A stretch of DNA of 64,000 nucleotides from Octopus sinensis (Eukaryota): NCBI RefSeq assembly GCF_006345805.1, contig NC_042997.1, forward strand, positions 200,198,001 to 200,262,000, read 5' to 3'. This document shows positions 1-10,244 of this stretch, piece after piece; position 1 is the stretch's first letter; every line of letters starts with the position of its first letter. The translations under genes were made by a program, and so were the position numbers. The notes under the pieces are model-generated. The model was given only the letters and a program-made list of their open reading frames with translations, ran no database searches and was not told the origin of the DNA.

Positions 1-106
1 AATTCCTCTATTTACATAATATCAAGGTCTGTTTCATTCTTTTGTTATCTTACCATTTCTATCAATATATCAATATATATATGTATATATATATATATAC
101 TTATAT

Positions 107-260
107 AGGTGCAGGAGTGGCTGTGTAGTAAGTAGCTTGCTTACCAACCACATGGTCCTGGGTTCAGTCCCACTTGCGTAGCACCTTGGGCAAGTGTCTT
201 CTATTATAGCCTTGTGAGTGGATTTGGTAGAAAGAAACTGGAAGAAGCCCGTCATATATG

Positions 261-303
<43 letters not shown>

Positions 304-515
304 TTGTGTGTCTGTGTTTCTTCCCCCCCAACATCGCTTGACAACCAATGCTCGTGTGCTTACATCCCCCGTAACTTAGCGGTTTGGCAAAAGAGACCCA
401 TAGAATAAGTACTAGGCTTACAAGGAATAAGCTCTGGGGTCAATTTGCTCGACTAAAGGTGGTGCTCCAGCATGGCCACAGCCAAATGACTGAAACAAGT
501 AAAAGAGTAAAAGAG
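107..515 (+). mobile_element. tRNA-derived SINE, family 1 (internal (TA)n(TG)n microsatellite), full length
   Basis: Head AGGTGCAGGAGTGGCTGTG with B-box GGTTCAGTCCC, core GCACCTTGGGCAAGTGTCTTCT, central TA/TG tract, 3' part ending AAATGACTGAAACAAGTAAAAGAGTAAAAGAG. The same sequence recurs more than 20 times in the window. Confidence 0.9.
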
Positions 516-918
516 TATATGTTTGTATATATGTGATTATGTGTGTGTGGATCAGTGCATGTTTGGGTCAATGAATGTGTGTATATGAAAATGTGCAGTT
601 TATGTGACATTTCTCAAGCCTCTTTACATTTAAATGCCATATTTCACCTGTAGCAATGTGACTGCTCTTTCTTTTTCCTTTATATTATATTAAGTAGCAA
701 TAGAAGCTTACTCTTGCTGCTCTCTCTACAGGCAAGCATTTGCTTTTAGACCTTCACTTGAAATGTAAGTGAACTGCTGGATGTTGTTCAGGAGGCTGAT
801 ATTGAGAAATAACTTTTGTTTGTTTGCAACAAGTAAATAATTGAAATTTGATGTCGTATAAATATTGACATCATAAAATTTATACACACACACATATATA
901 GACGCACACATATGTATG

Positions 919-950
<32 letters not shown>

Positions 951-1083
951 AGTATATATGTGTGTGTCTGTGTGTATACACATATATATATTTATATACA
1001 TATATATACATACATACACATATATATGTATTCATATGTATGTGTCTGTGTGTATATATTCACACATTCATTCACATATCATA

Positions 1084-1119
<36 letters not shown>

Positions 1120-1222
1120 TATATATATATACACATATATACATATATATATACATACAAACATATATATATACACACACATTTATACACATATATATAT
1201 TATATGTATGTGTATGTATATA

Positions 1223-2664
1223 CAGTTGCAGCCAAAATGTTCAGAATGGCATTGTTTTCTTCAGAAAAGTAAATATAAGTTTTTATCAAAGTAGTTTTAT
1301 ATACTATAATTTTCACAGACAATAAATACAATATTAATTGTTATTGTCTGAGATTTTGGTGTAATTTGAGCGGATAATACAAAAGTTATGGATGATTTAG
1401 TGATTTACTGCAAAACCCATGGCGGTCAAAATGATCAGAACGGTTGAAAAAATAACAAAATAATCAAAAATGACAGAGAATACTGGAATTATTTAATATT
1501 TAGTGTGAAGCCCTTTAGCTTCAATCACACTCTGACATCTTTGACTGCATGAGGAAATTAAATTTTCAATTTCTTGCTGGGTGATCTTATTCCATTCTTC
1601 CTGAAGGGCATTCCATAATTGCTCAGTTGTTTTAGGATTTCTGGCTTTTGAACGTTCTCCTAGAATATTCCATACATTTTCAATAGGATTGAGATCTGGG
1701 CTTTGAGCAGGCCAATCCATAACAATAACCTTTTCAGCCTTGAGGAAGTTCATGACCACCTTAGCCTTGTGACATGAGGCATTGTCCTGCATGAATATGG
1801 GTGGTTGCTTAGTTGAATTTCTCAGCACAGGCAAGACATGATCTTTTACAAGTTGTTTATAAACTCCTGCATCCTGCATTTACCATTCCATGTAATCGCA
1901 CCAAAGGGCCCACACCATCTCCAGATATCATCCCCCAAACCATGACACTTCCTCCACCGAATTTAACACTAGTCTTAAGGCATTTAGGCAACAATTTTTC
2001 ACCTACTTTTCTACGAATGTACCTTTTCCCATCTGAGCCAAATAACATAAACTTAGATTCATCACTGAAATGCACCGTTTGCCATTTTTCTTGAGACCAC
2101 AACACATGTTCGGTTGTAAAGGTGAGATGACACTTTTTATTCTTGGAGCTGATCAGTGGCTTCACTGCAGGTGCTCTTGCTTGTAGGTCATGTTCAACTA
2201 AATGACGAGACACAGTTTTTCGAGATAAAGTTTTCTTCAATACAATGCTCATTTTCCGAGAAACGGCAGCAGCAGTTTTAAATCTGTCCTTTTTAACCAA
2301 CTTTACCATAGCACGATCTTCTCTCTTGGTCGTTTTTCTTGGCCTACCTGTAAACTTTCTTGCTTCACACAAACCACAATCATCGTAGACCTTAAGAATA
2401 CCGTTTACAACACTTTTTGACTTGTTAACAATCTTTGCAATAGATCCAATACTTAAATTATCCTTCCTTCGAAGCTTAATAATCTGCTGACGAATTGGTA
2501 ACGGAGTAAGTGGCATTATATTAACAAAGTACACTGCAGATATTCTTACTAATGTTTAGTAAACGAACCGTCATGTAAACAAATTCAAAACATTAGAGTT
2601 CGCTGGTTAAATATACTAAAACATGGAGTAAAAGCAACCGTTCTGATCGTTTTGGCCGCCACTA
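1223..2664 (-). mobile_element. Tc1-family DNA transposon, full length, inserted in a TA microsatellite
   Basis: TA-flanked imperfect terminal inverted repeats (left CAGTTGCAGCCAAAATGTTCAGAATGG; right, reverse complement, TAGTGGCGGCCAAAACGATCAGAACGG; 21/27 identical) enclosing a transposase. Confidence 0.93.
1493..2516 (-). pseudogene. Tc1 DD34E transposase, frameshifted by a 7-bp tandem duplication
   Basis: HTH/GRPRK N-terminus, FSDESKF, VMVWG, QDNASCH and WPAQSPDLNPIENVW with 34 residues between the second D and the E. TCCTGCA is duplicated at 1865-1878; removing 7 bp gives 1017 nt = 338 aa plus stop. Confidence 0.93.
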
Positions 2665-2802
2665 TATATGTATATATAAACATACATGTTTATATATATA
2701 TATATGTATGTATATATATGTATATGTACATATATACATGTGTGTGTGTGTGTGTGTGTGTGTAAAATCAAATCATATATCAGAAAGCAGGGGTTAAGTG
2801 AC

Positions 2803-3642
2803 CCATCCGTTCGTGTCCACTGTCAGCCTCGTCTGGCACCCGTGCCGGTGATACGTAAAAGCACCATTCGCTCGTGGCCGTTTGCCAGCTCTGCCTGGCC
2901 CCGTGTCGGTGGCACGTAAAAGCACCATCCGTTCGTGTTCGTTGCCAGCCTCGCCTGGCCCCATGCCGGTGACACGTAAAAGCACCGTCCGTTGTGGCCG
3001 TTTGCCAGCTCTGTCTGGCCCCGTGTCGGTGGCACGTAAAAGCACCATCCGTTCGTGGCCGTTTGCCAGCTCTGTCTGGCCCCGTGTCGGTGGCACGTAA
3101 AAGCACCATCCGTTCGTGTCCGTTGCCAGCCTCGGCTGGCCCCCGTGCCGGTGACACGTAAAAGCACCGTCCGCTCGTGGCCGTTTGCCAGCTCTGTCTG
3201 GCAACCGTGTCGGTGGCACGTAAAAGCACCATCCGTTCGCGTCCGTTGCCAGCCTCGGCTGGCCCCCGTTCCGGTGACACGTAAAAGCACCGTCCGTTCG
3301 TGGCCGTTTGCCAGCTCTGTCTGGCCCCGTGTCGGTGGCATGTAAAAGCACCATCCGTTCGTGTCCGTTGCCAGCATCGCCTGGCCCCGTGCCGGTGACA
3401 CGTAAAAGCACCATCCGTTCGTGGCCGTTCGCCAGCTCTGTCTGGCACCTGTGCAGGTGGCACGTAAAAAAACACCACTACACTCACGGAGTGGTTGGCG
3501 TTAGGAAGGGCATCCAGCCGTAGAAACACTGCCAGATCTGACTGGGCCTGACGAAGCCTTCCAGCTTCACAGACCCAGTTGACCCGTCCAACCCATGCTA
3601 GCATGGAAAGCGGACGCTAAACGATGATGATGATGATGATGA
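2803..3642 (+). mobile_element. RTE-LINE 3' UTR/tail with 11 tandem ~61-bp units and (GAT)n tail
   Basis: 3475-3642 matches the 3' end of the RTE LINE at 51825-52010 in the opposite orientation. 2803-3474 is an array of 60-64 bp units ending GCACGTAAAAGCA or GACACGTAAAAGCA. Confidence 0.88.
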
Positions 3643-3668
3643 TATATATATATATATATATATATATA

Positions 3669-3880
3669 ACGGGAAAGCTTATGAAAATAAACAAAAGACG
3701 AAGGCAGGTGGAAAACAAACGAACAATTGTATTAGTATGGCGCTCAGGAAATATAAATAAAACAAGTCTTTAACGTTTCGAGCCTACGCTCTTCAACAGA
3801 AAGATACACAGAGAGAGAAAAACACAGAAAGAAGGAGAGAAAAAAAATGCGTGCAGTAGCTAACGAATCAACATGGCGAT
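3669..3880 (-). mobile_element. Penelope-like pseudo-LTR fragment with minimal hammerhead-like motif
   Basis: Minus strand reads UCUUU CUGUUGA A GAG CGUAGG CUC GAAA CG UU AAAGA (3766-3805), ends in a TA tract, and is related to 7042-7220 and 28647-28828. Confidence 0.65.
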
Positions 3881-3984
3881 CTGATTTCGGCCAGAGGTCA
3901 AAGATCAAACATGAGACGCAAGAGCGAAATAAGGGGAGATAATAGGGTTGATAAAAGGGTTGAGGGACCAGCTAAAAGTGCGTG

Positions 3985-4310
3985 GGAGGGGTCTGGATGT
4001 GTGTATGTATAGGGTTGGTGTATGTATTAGTATGTATAAGGGGGTGTGTGTGTGTGTGTGTATGAGAGAGTATTAGTGCGTAAGATTGGTCTGGACGTGC
4101 GTATGTATGGGGTTGGTGTATGTATTAGTATGTATTAGTATGTATTAGTACGTATTGGTATGTATAGGTGTGTGTGTGTGTGTGAGAGAGAGTATAAGTG
4201 CGTATGCGGGGTCTGGACGTGTGTATGTATAGGGTTGGTGTAAGTATTAGTATGTACTAGTATGTATTAGTACGTATTAGTATGTATTAGTTGGTGTGTG
4301 TATTAGTATG
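3985..4310. repeat. Nested minisatellite: about three 100-120 bp units containing TGTATTAGTA subrepeats and (TG)n
   Basis: GGTCTGGAYGTGYGTATGTATRGGGTTGGTGTAWGTATTAG recurs near 3990, 4089 and 4210. Confidence 0.8.
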
Positions 4311-4347
4311 GCACATCATATGTGATGTGTAAAGTCATGTGGTGTAG

Positions 4348-4580
4348 TAGGAGAAGAGAGGGAGGGGGAGAAGAGGGGGGAGAAGGGGAGGGGAAGAAGA
4401 GGGGGAGGAGAAGGGGAGAGGAGAGGATGGGGGAGAGAGGAGGAAGGGATGAGGAATGAAGGAGGAAAGAGGAGAGGGGGGAGAGAGAAGGGGAGAGAGG
4501 GAGTGAGGGAGCAGAGGGAAGGGGAAGAGGGAGGGAGAAAGAGGGAAGAAGGGAAGGGGAGTAGGGGTGAAAGGATGAAG
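4348..4580 (+). repeat. ~230-nt polypurine (G/A) low-complexity tract
   Basis: Almost exclusively A and G, with many GGG/GGGG runs. Confidence 0.9.
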
Positions 4581-4613
4581 ATATATATATATATATATTA
4601 AAATATACTCTAA

Positions 4614-5004
4614 TGGAGGCGCGATGGCCTAGTGGTTAGGGCAGCGGACTCGCAGTTATACGATCGCGGTTTTGATTCCCAGACCGGAAGTTGTGAGTGT
4701 TTATTGAGCGAAAACACCTAAAGCTCCACGAGGCTCTGGCAGGGGATGGTGGTGATCCCTGCTGTACTCTTTCACCACAACTTTCTCTCACTCTTACTTC
4801 CTGTTTCTGTTGTACCTGTATTTCAAAGGGCTGGCCTTGTCACTCTCTGTGTCATGCTGATTATCCCCGAGAACTACGTTAAGGGTACACATGTCTGTGG
4901 AGTGCTCAGCCACTTACACGTTAATTTCACGAGCAGGCTGTTCCGTTGATTCGGATCAACAGGAACCCTCGTCGTCGTAACCGACGGAGTGCTTCCTTCC
5001 ATCC
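4614..5004 (+). mobile_element. tRNA(Arg)-like SINE, family 3 (OR1/OR2-type), full length with 14-bp TSD
   Basis: A-box TGGCCTAGTGG, B-box-like GGTTTTGATTCC, (TTCC)n-like tail. Perfect TSD AAAATATACTCTAA at 4600-4613 and 5005-5018. The family name is from recall. Confidence 0.88.
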
Positions 5005-5629
5005 AAAATATACTCTAACAGAAAATGGTATTCTAAAGTGGATTGTTTTCATCCAGATAAAGCAAATTTTCTTAAAATCCTCTTTTTTGTGGGTTTATTA
5101 TTTCTGATGTTTAACATTTAAATGTTTTTTTTTATCTTCATTATTTAACATAAGATGCAAGCTTGGCCGTGTGGTTAAGAAGCTTGCTTTGCAACCACAT
5201 GGGTTTTAGGTTCAATCCCACTGTGTGGCACACCATGGGCAAATGTTTTCTACTGGAGCTTCAAGCTGACCAATGCCTGTTTGATAGAAACTGTGTTGAA
5301 GCCAATTGCGTGTCTGTGAGTGTCTGTCTGTGTGTATGTCTTTAAAATCAGTGCTAGTTTGTTTATGTCCCTATAAGTTAGCAATTTGGTGAAAGAGGCT
5401 AATAATAAAAGTACCACATTTAAGGAAAATAAGTCCTGGTGTCAATTGGTCTGAGCATATCCTTCAAAGCAGAGCGCCGGCATGGTTGCTTTCCAGTGAA
5501 AAAAAAAGCAAAAAAAAAACCCCAACAAAATGGGATGGTCTCAGGGGGGGGGGGTAACTAACCACAAGTCACTCCTTTGAGATTATTATAGGATATACGT
5601 CAGCATTGAAAAGTGAACGTAAAACCAAT

Positions 5630-5792
5630 AATGTTGATGATGATGATGATGATGGCAATGACTAAGAGGGTAATGATGAGGATGATGATGATGGTGATGA
5701 TGATGGCACAAGGAGGATGATGATGATGATGATGCTGATTGTGCGGGTGACAGTGATTACAATCATGCTGCTGCTGATGATGATACTGATGA

Positions 5793-5826
<34 letters not shown>

Positions 5827-6020
5827 GATGGTGATGATGATGATGACAGCGATTACAAACATAATACTGATGATGATGACATGAAGATAATGATGATGAC
5901 GATGATGATAATGCTGATGACAGTGATTACAATCATAATACTGATGATGACGATGATGATGATGATGACAATGATATCGATAACAATCACAACAATGACA
6001 CTGGTGACAACAACTATGAC
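5630..6020. repeat. Cryptic (GAT/GGT/GAC)n trinucleotide region
   Basis: Degenerate GAT repeats with interspersed stop codons. Confidence 0.9.
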
Positions 6021-6384
6021 AAGAACAATGAGACAAAAAAAAAAAAAAGAAATGATGGCCACAGCAATAATGAGAATGAATATGTGGTGTTGAAAACGAA
6101 GAGAATAACGTGAACGTGTGTTTGTGCATGTCCTTTAGACGTACACAACAGGCAAACACTTGTTCGTGTATGGCAACTCAACTGGAAACCATCTCTGTAA
6201 TGACAAAATCCTTCAAATCATCTCCAGAAGAAAGAAAGAAATGCCACTCACCACTTTGTATATTTGGATATTTCAGGTTGATTTTATAACAATGGAAAAA
6301 TTGCTACTGAGATCTGGTGCCCCACACGACAGGCATGAGATCATCCTATAGCTGTTAAATAATATACACTGCATGTTTCCTTCA

Positions 6385-6725
6385 TGTGTGGGTGTGTGCA
6401 TGTGTGCGTATGTATGTGTGTGTGTGGGTGTGTGTGTGCGTATGTTTGTGTGTGCCTCTGTGATTGTGTGTATGTGTGTGTATATGTGTATGTGTGTGTG
6501 TGTTGTGTGTGTATTCTTGTGTGTGCCTCTGTGTGTGTTTGTATGTGTGTGTATATGCGTGTTTGTGTGTGTTTGTGTGTGTGTATGTGAGTGAATATGT
6601 GTGTTGTGTGTGCCCTTTGATTGTGTGTGTATGTGTGCATGTGTGTGTTTGTGTGTGTGTGTGTGCATGCTTGCATGCATCTGTGCATGTGTGTGTGTGT
6701 GTGCATGTATGCATGCGTGTGTGTG
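6385..6725. repeat. Degenerate (TG)n microsatellite
   Basis: Long imperfect TG/TGTA array. Confidence 0.92.
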
Positions 6726-7041
6726 TAGTCTTAGCCCTAATTTAGAATGAACATTATTCAGTGGTGCTATTTGATGTTAAATTTTTTACCATGCAGATCT
6801 ATGATCAAAAGCATTCCTACCATGCCAACCCCCATCATTCTGCTCTAAGATGTCCTTCCTTTTTTTTTCCTATCACCTTTCAGAATAGTAGGCTGTGATT
6901 TAAAGAAACAATTAGTTCTGGGTTTAGTCCCATTGCATGACACCTTGAGCAAGTACCTTCTACTTTAACCTCAGGCCAACCAAAATCTTGTGAGTGGAAA
7001 CTGAAAGAAGCCCATCATATATATGATATATATTATTCGTC

Positions 7042-7220
7042 ATGATTGATCGCTAGCCACTAAACCTGTTTTTATTTTCTCTCCCTGTTTATTTCTGTCG
7101 AAGAGCGTAGGCTTGAAACATAAAAGACTTCCTCACTTCCAGAGCATTAAACTAATACATCTGTTTGTTGTCTACAGACCCATTTTCATCTTTTGTTGGT
7201 TTTTTTTTGTAAATTCTCAC
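7042..7220 (+). mobile_element. Penelope-like pseudo-LTR fragment (family A) with hammerhead-like motif
   Basis: UUU CUGUCGA A GAG CGUAGG CUU GAAA CA UA AAAGA at about 7091-7127. Co-linear with 28647-28828 (opposite strand) and bounded by TA tracts. Confidence 0.65.
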
Positions 7221-7243
7221 TATATATATATATATATATATAT

Positions 7244-7442
7244 GACTGCGTGTGTATTGTTGGCGATTTTCTTTCTCCGTCTTCCCTTCTTTGGACTTTT
7301 TCTATATTTCTGATGAAGAGCTCCACTCGAAATGTGAAATCCTCTTTCTTTTCTTTCCTTTCCTGAGCGTCCAATAACACTGTACTTATTCCATATCCTC
7401 ATGTTGTTGTTTTTTTTCTTGCTTGTTCATGTTTGGATTGAC
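7244..7442 (+). mobile_element. Penelope-like pseudo-LTR fragment (family B) with canonical CUGAUGA hammerhead core
   Basis: AUUU CUGAUGA A GAG CUCCA CUC GAAA UG UG AAAU at about 7306-7340, followed by a CCTGAGCG..AATA motif like that in 3669-3880. Ends in (TA)n. Confidence 0.62.
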
Positions 7443-7706
7443 TATATATATATATTATATATATATATATATATATAATATATATATATAATATATATAT
7501 ATATATACATGTATACGACGGGCTTCTAATAGTTTCATGATACTTGAACAAGCATATTTATAAAATACACCATGATTCTTAAAGCAATCATTCAGGCTCT
7601 GTTTATGTGTTATATAATTTTTAAAAACAAGGACACTGATCAGTAAGAAATAAGAAAAAAATGTGTAATAAATGGAATGAGAAAAATGAAATCAGGAACT
7701 ATGATG

Positions 7707-7748
<42 letters not shown>

Positions 7749-7992
7749 CATATATATATTTTTGACTGTGAAGCATGACTGTCACCACTACTTCATGAAC
7801 CTGAAGATTGCAGAATTTAATGCATGAAAGTACTAGTTCAATCAGAATGAACATTTAACATTCTATTATTTTATTTTATTATATTATATTATATTATCTT
7901 ATATCATTATAAGATTGTAAATAAAACGTGAAAATCAGACAAGGTTGGAATTCCTTTTATTAATATATTCTTCTATACACAATCACACACAC

Positions 7993-8039
<47 letters not shown>

Positions 8040-8128
8040 ATAATATATATATATATACATACATATATATATATATACATACATATATATATATATATAC
8101 ATACATATATATATATATAATATATATA

Positions 8129-8409
8129 CACGTGAGTACAGGACACCACAACTAGACGTAGAACTTAACGAGAAACGAAAAACGAGAACGGAAAAAACCA
8201 TTTTTTTACAACAGAAAAACAGAGACGTAGAACTCAACGAGAAACGAAAACGGAAAAAACCATTTGTTTACAAAAGAAAAAACAAGTACAGGACATACTC
8301 ATTGAGTTCTACGTCTCTGTTTTTCTGTTGTAAAAAAATGGTTTTTCCGTTTTCGTTTTTCGTTTCTCGTTGAGTTCTATGTCTAGTTGTGGTGTCCTGT
8401 ACTCACGTG
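8129..8409. mobile_element. Fold-back MITE, 281 bp, long TIRs, inserted in (TA)n
   Basis: CACGTGAGTACAGGACACCACAACTAGA...TCTAGTTGTGGTGTCCTGTACTCACGTG; arms about 110-120 bp; TA on both sides. Confidence 0.85.
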
Positions 8410-8581
8410 TATATATATATTTATATATGCATGTATGTATACATGTAGATGTAGGTACATACATATATGTTTGTATGTATGCATATATTTTATTTATTAC
8501 ACTATTGTTTGACAGCGCCTTCGCATCGGGTTCGATTCGATTCGTTCCGTTTCTCATTCTCCCAGTATTGTTTTACTGTTT

Positions 8582-8658
<77 letters not shown>

Positions 8659-8914
8659 ATACACACATACACACGTATGTCTGTGTCATTGCATCTGTGT
8701 TTGTCCATCACCACCACTTGACAACTGATGTTGGTGCGTTTACATTCCTGTAACTTAGCAGTTTGGTAAAGAAAACTGATAGAATAAGTACCAGGCTTTA
8801 CAAAATAAGTCCTGAGACGGATTCATTTGACTACATAGAATTCTTCAAGGTAGGCTCCAGCATGACTGCAGTTCAATAACTGGGACAAGTGGAAGATAAA
8901 AAGATAAAAAATAC

Positions 8915-9145
8915 TTATTTCTTTATTACCCACAAGGGGCTAAACACAGAGGGGACAAACAAGGACAGACATAGGTATTAAGTCGATTACATCGACCCCA
9001 GTGCGTAACTGGTACTTAATTTATCGACCCCGAAAGGATGAAAGTCAAAGTCGACCTCGGCGGAATTTGAACTCAGAACATTGCGACAGACGAAATACCG
9101 CTAAGCATTTTGCATGGCGCGCTAACGTTTCTGCCAGCTCACCGC
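8915..9145 (-). mobile_element. tRNA-derived SINE, family 2
   Basis: Minus strand: GAGCTGGCAGAAACGTTAGC head, B-box GAGTTCAAATTCC, core GGTCGACTTTGACTTTCATCCTTTCGGGGTCGATAAATTAAGTACCAG. About a dozen copies in the window. Confidence 0.88.
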
Positions 9146-9971
9146 TGTTTCTTTCTTGCTGGTCAAGGGGCCACTCAGAGTCTCCCTCCTAATTGATTCA
9201 TTAGTTATGTTAAGAAGCAAGTCGTTAGCTTTTAAATATTCTAATTATATGTCACTGAAAGACACGTTTATATTCCTAACAGATAATATAGGACATTATA
9301 GAATAAACTACAAGAAATGTTTGTTCAATATTTTGGAAATAGCTTTCTTGAAAAACATTGAAGAATATAACTTGAGGGTGTAAAGCATTGTAAAAGATAC
9401 AATGAAAGCATTTGGTATGTTGGTAAGTTACATAAAAGAGAGAAATCAATGCATACAAAAGAAAGGGAAAATTCCTTCAAGGTTGAAGCTGTTGTTACAT
9501 TCTTTATAATGTAAAAATAAAATTCTTTCTTTCTGCTTCTCTGTCATTTAAAGAATGAATTTACTGCTCCAAGCTATGACTTCAAGCAATGTTTTTCTCT
9601 ACTATTTAAACATGTTATGTATAACTTCATCAACATTGTTGTCATAATTTTTATTGTTGTTGTAATATGAATTTTGTAAACAAACACGAATCAGTGCTGC
9701 GCTCCGGCACAGAGACAGTCGGTGATAGATTTAAGCATGTGCTAGACAAACGAAAGCTTGGGACCCCCACCATCTGCATACAAAAACTTAACTGACTTTA
9801 TTATCATAAACAGAAATAACAATATCTTTTTGCTTGTTTCAGTCAGTAGACTGTGGCCATGCTGGGGCACCACCTTGAAGTATTTTTAGTCAAATGAATT
9901 GACCCCTGTGCACAATTTTCTTTAATCCTGGTACTTATTCTATCGCACAGCCACTCCTGCACCTATTCTAT

Positions 9972-10152
9972 AGGTGCAGGAGTGGCTGTGTGGTAATTAG
10001 TTTGCTTACTAACCACATGGTTCCGGGTTCATTCCCACCGCGTGGCACCTTGGGTAAATGTCTTCTACTATAGCCTTGTGCCGACCAAAGCCTTGTGAGT
10101 GGGTTTGGTAGACGGAAACTGAAAGAAGCCTGTCGTATATATGTGTGTATAT

Positions 10153-10205
<53 letters not shown>

Positions 10206-10209
10206 TATG

Positions 10210-10244
<35 letters not shown>

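Noticed and set aside
70-348. Recurrent peptides such as ASFSFRLPNPLTRLW..GTEPGTMWLVSKLLT appearing in many ORFs, suggesting a gene family
   Set aside because: They are translations of the SINE family-1 core.
726-1272. His/Ile/Tyr/Thr- and Val/Cys-rich ORFs here and throughout the track (e.g. 6273-6745, 26645-27304, 40571-40951, 43660-44357, 51405-51967)
   Set aside because: They are translations of (TA)n, (TG)n and (TATG)n microsatellites.
2803-3474. CRISPR-like regular array and the long overlapping ORFs across it
   Set aside because: There are no unique spacers (whole units repeat), no cas genes, and the context is eukaryotic. It is the 3' UTR of an RTE LINE, and the ORFs are by-products of a GC-rich repeat.
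5662-6159. Poly-His/poly-Ile or poly-Asp protein
   Set aside because: Cryptic GAT trinucleotide array with no splice or domain evidence, and stops in the Asp frame.
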